A stretch of DNA of 64,000 bases, from the NCBI GenBank assembly GCA_951406725.2, contig OX597815.1, positions 181,474,001 through 181,538,000 of the forward strand, read 5' to 3'. Below the pieces are notes generated by a model. The model was not told the DNA's origin and searched no databases. It worked only from the letters and a program-made list of their open reading frames with translations. Of this stretch, positions 26,584 through 40,674 are shown piece after piece. This stretch comes from Octopus vulgaris (taxonomy: Eukaryota). A program made the translations under genes and the position numbers. The first letter of the stretch is position 1; every line of letters begins with the position of its first letter.

Positions 26584-27288
26584 ATATTATATACATGCTG
26601 ACACACACACACGCATGCACGCACACACACAGAGTATATCTTACAGTGTATCTTACGTATAAGGGTGATAGCGGATGTATATCTCTATACAAAATAAAAC
26701 TTCTAACAAACTTTTGCGATCAATCTAAGAGTGACAGTAAAACTTTTAAATTCATAATTTCGGTATACTTAATAAAAAAAAACAAGACGCCACTTTTATT
26801 GTTTAGTTTGAGCGCCATCTTTATTCAATGCCACAATTCTCCATCTTTCCTCGCATCTTCCGGTCTTTCTCACTCTCCCTACCTTCATTTTCCCATCTCA
26901 CTATCTCTCCATTCGCTGCCTTCCCGTTATCTTCTTTTCCTTATTTTAATATCTTAAACTTACACTCGCTTCTGCATTGTGTCCACTCGCCAGTCTCTGT
27001 TACACTGTCTTTTGCTTGTAGACAGAGTATTCTTTCACATAACAAATCGAAGTGCTTCCTTTCACATTACAGTATTTTATAACTTCATAATTTCTTATAA
27101 ATGCTTGAATGCTATCTTTTATGACTTTCTCACTGGACTTCCTTCCAGTTGCATATTTCCATGGTATGTGCAGAAATCGCAATGACTTTAAGTGGCAAGG
27201 CGAATCTTCTCAAAGAATTAATGTCGCTAACCTTCTAACGTGAGTGTGAGTGTATGTGAGTTTCATGTCTATATATATATGCACAATA

Positions 27289-27541
<253 letters not shown>

Positions 27542-28569
27542 CAACAAAAGTAGAGTAATATAGAAAAATTGTCAAACGTTTTGATGCGTGACTTGTGGCC
27601 CCCACTGAATTTTTATATTGATTTGTATGTTATTGCATACATACTCCTGAATCTGTACATATACGTAATCTTAACTGGAGTACACAATTAGTTGTAGTTT
27701 CTTAGTCAATGATGAATTACAAAGCTACTATCAGTATTATGGTTTTGTGCACATACATATAATAAGATATTATATGCAATAAAATATGCAGTCTAGTTAC
27801 AATATATTTTGTATTTATTTAAACATATGTTTAGAAATATCGGTTTTGATGATAACTCTAATTTGTTTAATGTTTTGGAAAGTTATCATAGACTGACTTG
27901 CTCACATACAAAATAATGTTTAATCGACCAAAAACCAATTTCTCATAACAGAAATAAAACTAACGCGTTCATTATTTCTTACGTTTTCTCGGAGTTGAAG
28001 CTTTCTGTCGCCTTTTTTATCCAGCTCCTGTACAAAAATTTAATAAGTGTGAAATTTGCAGTCTGGACAAGAATGACATTTTAAACGTCACTATCGTATC
28101 CAGGTCATAAACTCCATGATTTCCTTTGCAGTCTACTATTTCAAATACTCGTCAGTCTACACAGTTCTTCACTGGCGTAAAAACTTTAAAATTTTCAACA
28201 CTCACCCAAGAATCTTCTACATTGTGTCTTACGTATGTTCTTGAGATAATGATTGCCACAAATGTATCTGCATCATCATTCAGGAACGAAACAATCAGTT
28301 CTGCAACTTTTGGAATGCTATAACACTGTAAATCATGATGTTGTTCACGTGTTTGATAAAACTGACACCAGACTTGTTTAAGATTTCTAACCGTGGAAGA
28401 AAGCTTTAACTTTCAACAGGCGTTGCAACTTACATCTTTGCCCGAGACATCTCACATTTACATTCTCTTAACCCTGTGGTAAATGTCCTTCTATTTACAC
28501 AGGAATTCTTGGGTAAACAAAAGTTTTCTTCACTTTTCTCAATGTTCTTTACCTTCCTTGAGCACTATC

Positions 28570-28804
28570 TGTTTCTTTATTACCCACAAGGGGCTAAACA
28601 CAGAGGGGACAAACAAGGACAGACAAACGGATTAAGTCGATTACATCGACCCCAGAGTGTAACTGGTACTTAATTTATCGATCTCGAAAGGATGAAAGGC
28701 AAAGTCGACCTCGGCGGAATTTGAACTCAGAACGTAACGGCAGACGAAATACGGCCATGCATTTCGCCCGGCGTGCTAACGGTTCTGCCAGCTCGCCGCC
28801 TTAA
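28570..28804 (-). mobile_element. SINE family B monomer
   Basis: Perfect 16-bp TSD TTCCTTGAGCACTATC at 28554-28569 and 28805-28820. Confidence 0.95.
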
Positions 28805-29579
28805 TTCCTTGAGCACTATCACTTTTTGTTTGTCACTTTCTGACATGTTGGAATTTTTCCTAATAATAATTGTATCTTTGCAGTTTTCCAGTCTTCTTCA
28901 TTGTGAGAAGAAGTGCTGCCTGTAAAATCTATGAAGTAAAGTACAATTTCAAGAATTCAAAAGTGGTATACTATCAAATATTTTCAGGTGATCAACCCAT
29001 CTCATGCAATGTTTTTTTTTCTTCTTGTAACACCTCCGTTCGTTAGTAGCTGTACCTTACAGCATACACATCTTTTCCTATTTCCTTTCTGCTCACTTGA
29101 AAAGCAAATAACATCAATGCTACTACTTCCTAGGTGAGAACCATATTTACACTAGACTACAGTAGAGCATAGATGAAAGGATCTGGAGCTTGTTTTTGGA
29201 AATTACCATTGATTTCTTCTTCCGGTCGCAATTCAACTATTAAAGCTGATCTCTTTTTTTATGTGACAATGGATGTCATCATATTGGATGTGAAGGAGTT
29301 AAATGTCAGAATAATTAGAGTGTCGGACAAAATACCTTGTGGTATTTCTTTCGTCTTTTAATGATCTACTCTTTATGGAACTGAGTGTGAATAATGTGAA
29401 TAGATTTTTAAAGGCTAGAAACCTTTGTGCGTGTCGTAGGTTTATCTGCTGGTTTGGGGAATGTGTGCATGTTGTGAAAGGGACTTTAAGGGATCGAGTG
29501 TTTTCCGTCAAAAGTATTGCCTTTCGTGTGATGAAGAGTGTCCTGTTTTTTTAGCATTTTTATTTTTGATCATATATAT

Positions 29580-29933
29580 GTGACTATTGCCAGGGCTGCT
29601 GATTGGCTCCCGTGCTGGTGGCACGTAAAAAGCACCATTCGAGCGTAGTCATTGCCAATGCCACCGGACTGGCTCCTGTGTAGGTAGCACGTAAAAACCA
29701 TCTTTTGAGCGTGGTTGTTGCCAAAACCGCCAGACTGGCCCTCATGCCGGTGGCACAGAAAAAATACCCAATACACTCTCGGAGTGGTTAGCATTAGGAA
29801 GGGCATCCAGCTGTAGAAACTTTGCCAGATCAGACCGGAGCCTGGTGCAGCCTTCTGGCTCTCCAGACCTCAGTCAAACCGTCCAACCCATGTCAGCATG
29901 GAAAGTGGATGTTAAACAACGATGATGATGATG
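29580..29933 (+). mobile_element. SINE family D (RTE-type tail, internal ~60-bp triplication)
   Basis: Three GGCTCC..TG..GGTGGCACGTAAAA.CACC units, then TTAGGAAGGGCATCCAGCTGTAGAAAC...AACCCATGTCAGCATGGAAAG.GGA.GTTAAA(GAT)n. Second copy at 47441-47643 (-). Confidence 0.75.
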
Positions 29934-31769
29934 TTATATGTTTATGGTTTTATTTTGAAGTCTGTGTAAAGGTCAAACAAACCTTTCTCGCTATTCTGAA
30001 GTTTATTATGGCTTGCTGGAAAGTTGTGAGACCCAGATATGACTGGTATAATTTTATACTCTAAAATTGGTTCGTTCCCTTGGCTATGTGTGGCATAAGT
30101 AAGTCCTCTCAGTATATTCTAAATCAATTTGCTTTCTTAAATATGTTTTCTAAGTATGTTGCTAATGCTGTAGATGTTTGTCGTGTAACTCCTTGCATTT
30201 TGATATTTGCGTTATACGTTGACAGCGTTGAAGGTGATGGTTCACTACATTTGACTTTCTCTGGTGTGGCTATCGGGAAGTGACATGAGCTTCATCTGTT
30301 GCTGGGTCGGAGACTTAATCATTCACCTCGTTAAACATTGCAATTTGGCTTTGGTTACCTTGAGCTGGATTTGGATCAGGTCCACAGCTGGATAACTCGA
30401 AATCTCAATATTTTGCTTCGTATTTCAACATCCCATGAGTCGTATTTTCCTTCGCCCTTTCTTGAACTAGACTCGGAGACTCTGCAAAACGTCATAGCAC
30501 CGCTCTTCCGCTAGACTAAGCCGTAGGATGTCTGCTGGCATAGAGCTTGGTCTCTATGCGATTGATGTAAGATTAGAAATGTCGTTTTGTCTCTCGAGTA
30601 TGAAACAATAATAAGATTGTGATGTCACCTCATTATTAGGTTGTCTACATTTTGTGGAATGATGAAAGCTGTGTAGTTACTGATTACCAAACATCAGTGA
30701 AAAAAAAACCCAGTAACTTTATGGTATTCCTTTTGGGAAACCTGAGTATTGTAGGTGATGTCCAGTTAACACATGCTATAAAGGCTCGACAGCCTGAAAA
30801 CCCTTTTTCGATATATTAATATCTAACACTCGGTTATCCAACGTAGTCATTGATACATTTTTGAAATGACATACTAATGATCTACTTGCTATTTCTAGCA
30901 GGTAAAATGACTCGAGACACGTCGTGACTTTATTTTATTAGATAGGTAACAAGTTTGGTATTTCTGCAACTGTAGTGAGCTAATTTGGAATATTAACAAC
31001 AGAAGCTTCACAAAATATGTTACTGATCAAGAAATTTTGTCATTAAAATTCATTTTGTTTGGTTTGCCAAAACCCTCTCTCCGGAATAATAATTTCTAGA
31101 CATCTTAATCGGAACTATTCATTAATTTTCCTTTTGATGAAAACAATGAGATTTAAGGTATTTGCTTTTAGCTCCTATATGAAGATTCTCGCTTTAATTA
31201 AATTGGGAAATATTACCAATCAATGGGAGAACGTGAAGATACTAAAAACACGCTATAATTATGGATGCAGATTCAATCCGGAATATTTACCCTTTTTTCC
31301 ATCGATAATGAACACACAGACGAATGTGTCCATGAATAAATGAAGACCATTCGAAAGTACAACAATACACCGTTTTCTGTTAGATGCAGAAATGTGTTTT
31401 CAACTCTTAAACCAACTTAATTGTTGATATTCAAAATACTTCCCCATATTATTGGTTTGTGAGTGGCATCATAAAATATATCTATCTTGAGATATACAAT
31501 TGTCCATGTTTATACGTCGAACTAATGAGATAAATTAATTATTTAAATACGTATTTGATGTCAATCACTAATAATGTTAACTTTGTATTTTGAACATGAA
31601 TGGAAATATATTCTGTTTACTGTTTAAAACCGTTTCGTTTCCCGAAAAGCAAGTTATATATGTTACTTATACTTCAAATGCATTTTTTAACATTACTCCT
31701 GATTCACTTGTTTTAAAACTGACTTGACTTATATAAGTGATAATTATATGTGACTTTCTGTACTCCAAT

Positions 31770-31965
31770 ATTGGTTTCAAATGTTGGCACAAGGCCAGTA
31801 ATTTTGGGGAAGAGGATGCGTCAGTTACACCGACTCCAGGGTTCCAATGGTTCTGAATTTATCGACTCCGAAAAACGAAAAGCAAAATCGACGTCGGTGG
31901 GATTTGAACTCAGAGAATAAAGACTAATGAAAAACCACTAAGCACTGTTGCTCGGAGTTGCCAGC
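31770..31965 (-). mobile_element. Old family-B-related SINE
   Basis: Diverged match to the B central domain. Similar old copies near 15710-15900, 19650-19800 and 42079-42265. Confidence 0.65.
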
Positions 31966-32337
31966 GTACACCCTTATTCTATACTCTAATATCGATGACT
32001 ATTATTGTTAAAATGGACACAGTATTTTCTATTACTGTTTCTAATACCAAGATAGACATAGACTCAGATGGAATGAAGTGTTTGAAATCTATGACAGTAT
32101 ATCCTTTTTAAAAATTCCTGAAGAGAAAACAACAAAATATTTGGAAATTCAGGAGAGTATTTTATAAAATCCATTCTGGTACGTCATTAACAAATAGATT
32201 ATGTGATTGTTTAAAAATATTAACAGAGAAATTGAAGCAAGTCACGAAATTTGTAATGAAATTTGAAATAAATTAAATAAAAAATTTGAAATAGGAAAAT
32301 ATCTTAAGCTATGTTATGGATAACTCCGCTTATTTAG

Positions 32338-32783
32338 TTCAAACGTAAAATCTGTGCTTTTGTATGGTTCTGAAACATGGAGAGCCACCCGCAGCAACTA
32401 CAAGAAAATCCAGGCCTTCATCAACAAATGTCTCCGGCAGATCCTTCATCTGAAGTGGTTCAACAGAGTACCAAATACCGACCTGTGGGAAAGGGCCAAC
32501 CAGGAGCCCATATATGTTCAGATTAGACGAAGGAAATGGAGATGGACCGGACACACACTGCGGAAAGAACCCTCAAATGTGACACGAAAAGCACTTGACT
32601 GGAACCCGCAGGAGAAAAGGAAGCGAGGACGCCCGAAGCAGACATGGAAGCGGAGCATTTTGGACGAGCTCAGGACCACCGGCCTGACCTGGGAAGCAGC
32701 ATAGAAACACACCAATGACCGCAAAAAGTGGAAAACAACTGTTGAGGCCCTATTCTTCACAATGGGAAAAAGGATTAAGAAGA
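32338..32783 (+). mobile_element. RTE-clade LINE 3' fragment
   Basis: SNVKSVLLYGSETW...FINKCLRQIL...RRRKWRWTGHTLRK...WNPQEKRKRGRPKQTW; short AAG tail. Confidence 0.92.
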
Positions 32784-32838
32784 ATGTTATGGATACATAC
32801 TGGTACTCGGTATATAAATAGCTTTAAAAGTTTTAATC

Positions 32839-33325
32839 CAGTGGTTCTCAACCATTTTCGTCTTTGGGCCCCTTACACTCTTATTTTACTCGTGTGGATC
32901 CTCATAATCATAACATGTTTTTTTTTAAAATCCTACTATGTTTTTTTGTCACTAAATATTCTTTTCTACTCTAGGCACAAGGCCCGAAATTTTGGGGGAG
33001 GAGGTCAGTCGATTAGATCGACCACAGTACGCATATGGTACTTGATTTATCGACCCCAAAATGATGAAAGGCAAAGTCGACCTCGGCGGAATTTGAACTC
33101 AGAACGTAACGGCAGACGAAATACCGCTAAGCATTTCGCCCGGCGTGCTAACGTTTCTGCAAGATCGCCGCTTTTTTATAACTAAATATTATTAGAAACC
33201 GTATTAAAAAAATTAAATTATTTTGTACATTGCAGAAATATAATCAATTTATTGCACATAGAGTTTAACAACAAAATCTTATGTGGACCCTCAACGGTTT
33301 TATGGATCCTGGTTGAGAACAACTG
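32839..33325. mobile_element. hAT-type MITE interrupted by a SINE
   Basis: TIRs CAGTGGTTCTCAACCA / TGGTTGAGAACAACTG; degenerate 8-bp flanks TTTTAATC / CTCTAATG. Confidence 0.8.
32961..33172 (-). mobile_element. SINE family B variant with an alternative 3' tail
   Basis: B head and central domain, but tail AATTTCGGGCCTTGTGCCTAGAGTAGAAAAG. Flanked by ACTAAATATT repeats (32951-32960, 33181-33190). Confidence 0.85.
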
Positions 33326-33334
33326 CTCTAATGA

Positions 33335-33718
33335 ATTATTTTATTCTTTTGTTTGTTTTAGTCATTTGACTGCGGCCATGCTGGAGCACCGCCTTTAGTT
33401 GAGGAAATCGACCCCAGGATATATTCATTGTAAGCCTAGTATCTATCGGTCTCTCTTGGAACCGCTAATTTACGGGGATATAAACACACCAGCATTGGTT
33501 GTCAAGCGATGTGGTGGGGACAAACACAGACACACAAACACACACATATATATATACAACGGGCTTCTTTCAGTTTCCGTCTCCCAAATCCACTCACAAG
33601 GCTTTGGTCGGCCCGAGGCTATAGCAGAAGACACTTGCCCAAGGTGCCTTGCAGTAGGAATGAACCCGGAACCATGTGATTGGTAAGCGAGCTACTTACC
33701 ACACAGCCACTCTTGCGT
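33335..33718 (-). mobile_element. SINE family C
   Basis: Full-length match. Confidence 0.9.
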
Positions 33719-35952
33719 CAAAAAAGAAAATCAATTACCCAATGCTCTTACCTAAAGAAGCCAACTCTAAAATGCTTTTAAATTTACTTTTCTGACACTT
33801 ACTTACAATAAGACGGGCTCAGCAAGTGAACATTGTATTGATCCGGAAATAATTCATTATCAACGTTTGTATCGATATAGGAAGACTGATACTTCTGCTT
33901 AGCTATTTTGAATGCTGTAAGTGTTGTAAATTGTTTTATGCATCATAAACTCTAGTAAACTAATTGTCTCTTACTCATGTAACCGAACATTCACAATTTC
34001 ATTCGATGTAAAATTTATAAATACTTGCATTTCATGGGGTTATGATTATATTCATTAGGGAACATATATAATATCCTCTTTTATATCATTATAAGGATAC
34101 GTGGTTCGATGACTTTTATTTAATCTTAACCTCTCACTAAAATAAGAAATAAATATATTTGCTGTGTAATTAATTTATGAATATAACTTATTACATTTTA
34201 TCAACTGAAAACAGTACACTTACCACATGCCAAAATTTATATATTTTCCATTAGCAATGAAACGATAAGCAAAATAAAACATGGATGGATCAAACTTCTT
34301 ATTCGTATTTTATTCGGTTGTTATGTTTAAAGGAATCTTTTTTTTCCATTAACTTTATTTGATTATCATCAGTTTTATCGAATTACGCTTCAAATTTAGC
34401 TTCGTACAATGACAATGGGGAAAATTTCCATTTCATTACTTCTAAAAGAAGCTTATCTAATAAGCAGACGATCCAAAAGTGTTCAATACATTTTCGTAAT
34501 GTAACATTCTTTCTACCATTCTGTGATATAAGAAGTATATTTTACGATTTTTTTGTCATATAACTGAAATAAAATGAATAAATACAATAAATTTAATCAA
34601 TAGCAGTGCTTCTTCCACATATTTAATTAAAAGAAACCCTGGCTTGCATAACTTTAAAGTGCCCACCCACATAGGAGGGATTTACTGGCATTATTGATGA
34701 AAGAAAATCAATCATATCCATCTATAACAGTCTTGAAGGTTTTTATCAGAAATAATACTATTTTTAAAGAAATAAAATTCGCATACTCGCTTGATTAAAA
34801 CGATACAGTGAAGAAAAGTTAAAAACCGAATTATCTTGAAAGATTAACGTTTATTAAAATGCAAGAACATGCAACACGATTATTAGAAATACAACAATTA
34901 TATAAAAGGAGCCATAAAACCGAATGATCTTTTCAGAATTAAAATTGAATAATGATCTTTAAAATACACGACTTCATAAAATGTAACAAAAGCTAGTATG
35001 AAAATGTCGTTATCATGTAATTACCTTAAAGCTGCCATTCCTCAAGACTTTTCCCGATGTTTTCATTGTTTCTAAACATTTTAGTGTTTTGCTCTAAAAC
35101 GCTAAAATAATAATAATAAAAAAATCCCCCGTTCTGTATTCTTTTCATTTCTTCCGAATGCATTACCGTCAATTCAGTTTTTGAAAAGATTTTATTACTC
35201 ATAAAATTACAGAAAATAATAATCTCTTAGACTGCAATGAGGAATTCGTTCTATTTAATTACGTATGACAATCTGAAAGAATAAAATCCTTCAAATTATA
35301 TTAATTAATTAGAATAACACCGATGCGCAAATGATTTCGTAAATAACATACTATTTAAAAAAAAATAATAAACAGATTGATGTTCCGTACTTTATTTTAG
35401 TGATTATATTATAGAAATGATAATCATCATTTATTTCTTAGGTTCAAAGTCAAAGTTTCTAAGAAAGATTATGGACAAACAATTTATTCTCACAGTAGCC
35501 GAATTTGAAAGCAGAGCAATAAAATCGAGCATTTTGTGTGTCACTTCATGATTTTTATCAATTCGTCGCTGCTGGACTATTATTTTCTTAGACATCAGGA
35601 AGGAATATTTGCGGGAAGGAATAACGACGATTAAAAGAATGTAATTTAGTCTTTTTCTCCTTTTTTAACAGGGTGTACTTAAGATAGCAATCTTGAATTA
35701 TGAAGTTAACATCAACATCTGTAGGTTCTGAATCCAACAGAGAGATCCGAAGCTAATCACAGTACGGCTTTGAATCCAAATGCTTGCAAATTCTAATAAG
35801 ATTAACTAGAAATAAAGAAGGACATTAACTTGTAGAAGATATACGTAGTCAAGTGAATTATCTCCAGTTCATGTCTGGTTCTTATTCCATTTATTATGTG
35901 AGAAAAAATAGAAGAAAGATAGAAAAAAATACAGCTGATTTTGTGAGGTGCA

Positions 35953-36048
35953 AAGGTACGTACCTACAATTAAATCTTATCTAATTCGGTGATCTCCATT
36001 AGGTAGATCACCGAATTAAATAATGATTTATGTATGGGTACGTACCTT
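35953..36048. other. ~96-nt imperfect hairpin (pre-miRNA-like or miniature foldback element)
   Basis: AAGGTACGTACC...TAATTCGGTGATCT-ccattaggt-AGATCACCGAATTA...GGTACGTACCTT. Confidence 0.75.
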
Positions 36049-36094
36049 CCCGCATGTATGCATTTGTGTTAAAATTTTCCCTGTTTATAATAAT

Positions 36095-36478
36095 GCCATA
36101 TGTTACATATACTCTCTTCCTTCAGGGGAACCGCTGACAGCTTCTAATAATATCAGAGAGCTAGGTGTAATTGTTGATAACAATCTCAGTTGGAGTGCCC
36201 ACATCAACAATAAGGTTGATATAGCTCGTAGGATGAGCTCCTGGATCTTAAGGATCTTCCAGTCCAGAGAACAAGGTGTCATCATTCCACTTATCTCCTC
36301 CTTTGTACGACCACAACTGGATACTGCTGCCCACTGTGGTCTCCCCATACAAAACAAAACATCTCGAGGATTGAATCACCCCAGAGAGCACTCACTAAAC
36401 GAATTAAGGGTATGACTGATCTCGATTACTGGGACCGCCTAAAAGCACTGAAACACTACCCTCTCCAGCGCCACCGCA
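36095..36478 (+). mobile_element. CR1/L2-group LINE RT C-terminal fragment
   Basis: IRELGVIVDNNLSWSAHI...FVRPQL / YCCPLWSPH...IESPQRALTKRIKGMTDLDYWDRLKALKHYPLQR (frameshift). Confidence 0.9.
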
Positions 36479-36768
36479 TAGGGGATGTGTGTTTTAATGG
36501 TGATATGGATGGCGTATGGTTTCTTTGGATGTGTGTAGGTGTGCGGTGTGCAAGCAGCATGCGAAATGGAAAATCGGTTAATGGAACGAACATTAAAAGC
36601 AATTCGAATACTGTAAACATTGTCAGAGATGTTTTCAATTTACATGTCATAAATACGATTTCATAAACCGAATATTTTCTAAATCAAATATTATTCTTGT
36701 AACCACTTCACATTTAAAAATATTAAGCATTTCAATTTAATATATATAATCTTATATACATACATACG

Positions 36769-36849
<81 letters not shown>

Positions 36850-36853
<4 letters not shown>

Positions 36854-37241
36854 GTGGCTGTGTGGTAAGTAGCTTGTTTACCAGCCACATGGTTCTGGGT
36901 TCAGTCCCACTGAGTGGCACCTTGGGCAAGTGTCTTCTACTATAGCCTCGGGCCGACCGAAGCCTTGTGAGTGGATTTCGTAGATGGAAACTGAAAGAAG
37001 CCCGTCGTATATATGTGTATATATATGCGTGTGTGTGTTTGTGTGTCTGTGTTTGTCCCCCTAGCATTGCTTGACAACCGATGCTGGTGTGCTTATGTCC
37101 CCGTTACTTAGCGGTTCGGCAAAAGAGACCGATAGAATAAGTACTGGGGTTACAAAAAAATAAGTCCCGGGGTCGAGTTGCTCGATTAAAGGCGGTGCTC
37201 CAGCATGGCCGCAGTCAAATGACTGAAACAAGTAAAAGAGT
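36850..37241 (+). mobile_element. SINE family C
   Basis: Full-length; flanked by (TA)n on both sides. Confidence 0.92.
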
Positions 37242-37639
37242 ATATATATATATATATATATTGTTGTGTCTAGGGACAGATACAAATATATACCTGTTCT
37301 GACCCATCTATACAACTTTTAAATATAATGCAAAATAAACAGCCAGTCTTATGGTTAGACGCAGGTATCAACAACGCATTCAAAGGTGTATCCTTCCTCA
37401 ACCGATGTTTAGCATTTAACATGTGTAATGGTTCAGTAAGCGCTCGTTGTATTGCCAAATCATTGATGGTGAGTAGGAAGTTTCTAATTAGAATTCGTGG
37501 AAATGTCACACTAAAAGGATTGTCACTATCAAATATTGCTGAAGCATATCACTACCGTTTATTTATAATTTTAAACCGGGTTTCTCAACAAGAGACAGTC
37601 ACTAATCAGAATATTTGTTCACCCAAGAAACCAAGATGT

Positions 37640-37675
<36 letters not shown>

Positions 37676-37685
37676 CACGCACACA

Positions 37686-37726
<41 letters not shown>

Positions 37727-38144
37727 ATATATACACACACGCGCATGTGTGTCTGAGTGTATAGTTATGTCTGTATGAATGTAGGGACTAGTGATTAGTG
37801 TGTTGCCCTTACAATCACAAGATTGTGGTTTCAACTTTTGGACCGACAGAAGCGTTATGTTCTCCAGCAAAGTACTTCATCTCACGTTGCTCTATGATAA
37901 CTTCGACACGTAATGAAGGGAAGTGATGTACAACGCTTACATTTGATCACTAATGCGGAGGTAACAGGGGAACTCAGAGAGCGCAAAACTCTGCCAACAC
38001 GACACTAACATCCTCTGAACGACTGGCCGGAGATGGTTTTTAAAATGAGAATGTCTGAAATAAACTCGCCTGCTCTCACAAGTGAAAATACTAAAAATGA
38101 ACCCGACCGCTCTCAAAGACTAAGTAAAAAAAAAAAAAAGGAAA

Positions 38145-38336
38145 AATAATCCAGAATCCTTGTCCTGCATTGGATCACTCCCAAAACCTAATCAGTTCCT
38201 GCCAGTCATGAGGCCAAACATCCCTGAAAGTTTCATCCGAATCCATCCAGTGGTTCTTGAGATATCTTGCCCACGGACAAGCAAGCAAACACGACTGAAA
38301 AACAATACCGCCACCTTCGCCGAGGTGGAGATAATA
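38145..38336 (-). mobile_element. Non-autonomous Helentron/HINE-like element
   Basis: Subterminal palindrome CCACCTTCGCCGAGGTGG next to (GCTT)n, the layout seen in DINE/HINE-type elements. Confidence 0.5.
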
Positions 38337-38575
38337 AATATATTGACATTGACATTGACACATTTATTTTTCAGAAGCAAAGCAGAAAAAAAAAGAACAC
38401 GAAGAAAATGCTGAATGTAAAATAAGATAATTAGAAGTAATTATTGACAGTGATGCTTTCAATCTGATCGTCCTTAGTGGTAATTTTTTTTAAAATGCGT
38501 AAATCCTCAATCAAATATCTAGCTTGTTTTCATTTGACAACTTAATATCTAAAAATATTGATGTTTTATTGAATA

Positions 38576-38880
38576 CTAGCAGTATCTCCCGGCGTTGCTC
38601 GGGTTTGTAAGGGAAATAACTATATAAACATTTTTAGAGAGTTACTTCCCTTATATATCCCGAGCAAAAGTCATTAAAAATGCGGAAAAATGATGGTAAT
38701 TTTTTCTTTTAATCGTAGACTTATCGTAGATGCGCGCTAATACCCAGAAGGGCTCGATATGAATGACGACTATGATACCCGCTTTTGGTTAAACTGCATC
38801 GCAAAATGTGGGAGTAGTTAGGAATCTAAATCGAAGGAGACAGAGTCTCACACACACAACTTTAATTTTATATATAAAGA
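38576..38880 (-). mobile_element. Non-autonomous Helitron
   Basis: Minus strand A|TCTTTATATATAAAA ... CCCGAGCAACGCCGGG hairpin ... CTAG|T; no TSD. Confidence 0.85.
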
Positions 38881-38897
38881 TATGTATTTTTATATGT

Positions 38898-39222
38898 GAA
38901 GGCGCAGGGTTTAATGTTTAGGGTACTCGGTTCACGACCATAAGGCCATGAGTTTGATTCCCTGCGACGCGTTATGTCCTTGAGCAAGACACTTTATTTC
39001 ACGTTGCTCCAGTCAACTTAGCTGGTAAAAATGAGATGTATCTGTAATTCAACAGGCCAGCCTTGTTCCATTCTGAGTCACTATGAATCACCTTGAGAAC
39101 TATGTTAAGAACGCGCTTCTGTGGTGTGCTCGGCCACTTGACCTGCACAGTAATTTCATGAGCAGGCCGTTCTGCTGATCAGATCAACTGGATGACTTAC
39201 AGTCGTAACCGACGGAGGATCA
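38898..39222 (+). mobile_element. SINE family A (diverged)
   Basis: Matches 40684-41000 in the opposite orientation. Confidence 0.8.
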
Positions 39223-40276
39223 GTTATGTGTTTTTACCGATACTTTGTTATAGCTCCATAGGTTTAGATGTAACACAAAATGATAGCCCGTCTTCCAGCT
39301 AAACGCATGATGTATAAACCATTCATACAAAAGTACCTTTTCCACTGACGTCTAGCGTTTAATATGTGTAACGGTTCAATAAATGCCTATTGTATTGACA
39401 AAGATTGTTTATGATGAGCAGGAAATTGCCAGCGGGAATTCAGGGAAATGTTATGTTGAAGGGAATGTTTGTATCAAATGCCAGCAAAGCATGTCCCTAC
39501 TGCAACAAATGAAATATTCCACACGCACACTCACATCGAAACACATACATTCACACGAATAAACACAAACATTTACATAGCAATCTGAGAAATATCCGTT
39601 TTAGAATATAAATATGCCAAGCAAATTGGAATCAACTCAATCTTTATTGGAGCATTCGCTGTTTTATTCGGTTTAGAGGTTTTTTGTCGCGCTTGCTTTC
39701 TACTTCCGAACCGTGAATATTCAATTAATGTTCAATATATTCTCCTAGATGGATGAAGTGGCACATAGACTTATACATTTTGTTTTTCTGTTTGCTGTGG
39801 AAAGAAGATTTGTAGCACCACAAGAATGCCGTGTTACTTGCTGAGCCTTCTAGATACTTTGTAATTTACACTCTTGAAATAAATGGTTTCACTGAAAACC
39901 AGCAAGGGAGCTATTCAGTAGTGTTTTTTAGATGCTAGAAATAGCAGAGAAATATCTATCAACATGCAATCTCAAGTATTTAATAAACTGAACACATTGA
40001 ATAATGTTAGTTCGAGATAAACTATTTAAAATGACAAGGGTGTCACAGCTAATACCGTTAATCATAGCACTGCTTGGTCAAAGCTGACATGGTATTAAAA
40101 ATAACAACACCGGAAGCAGCTTATATTTAAAAGGTTTGGATATTAAGAAAGTTCTATGTTTCTCCCATGTTACAAACCTTATAATTATTTTCAGCGAACT
40201 GCTGTACCATTCATTACTAGCAAATTCTTACTAGCAATTACTTTTCTCGCACCTAGTTTTCCGTTAGTGTTCTAAT

Positions 40277-40592
40277 TTTTTTATGCGCCCTTTTCAAGCC
40301 TAATCAGGCTCATGGGCCCGGTTTCCCGGTTTCTGTGGCGTATGTGTTCCCCAACCCCAGCTAGATGGGACGCCAGCCCATCGCAGAATTATTCAAGAAA
40401 CAGGAAGAAAAAGTGAGAGATAGTTGTAGCGAAAGAGTACAACAAGGGGTCGCCACCACCCCCTGCCGGATCCTCGTAGAGCTTTAGGTGTTTTCGCTCA
40501 ATAAACACACACAACGCCCGGTCTGGGAATCGAAACCGCGATCCTCCGACCGCGAGTTCGCTGCCCTAACCACTGGGCCATTGCCCCTCCAC
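40277..40592 (-). mobile_element. SINE family A'
   Basis: tRNA-like head; 11-bp TSD AGTGTTCTAAT at 40266-40276 and 40593-40603. Confidence 0.9.
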
Positions 40593-40674
40593 AGTGTTCT
40601 AATGTGTTACTAATATTTTTTCTCTTATTGTTAACGACTGGAATTCATCTCATCACTTTTCGTTTAATTGTTTA

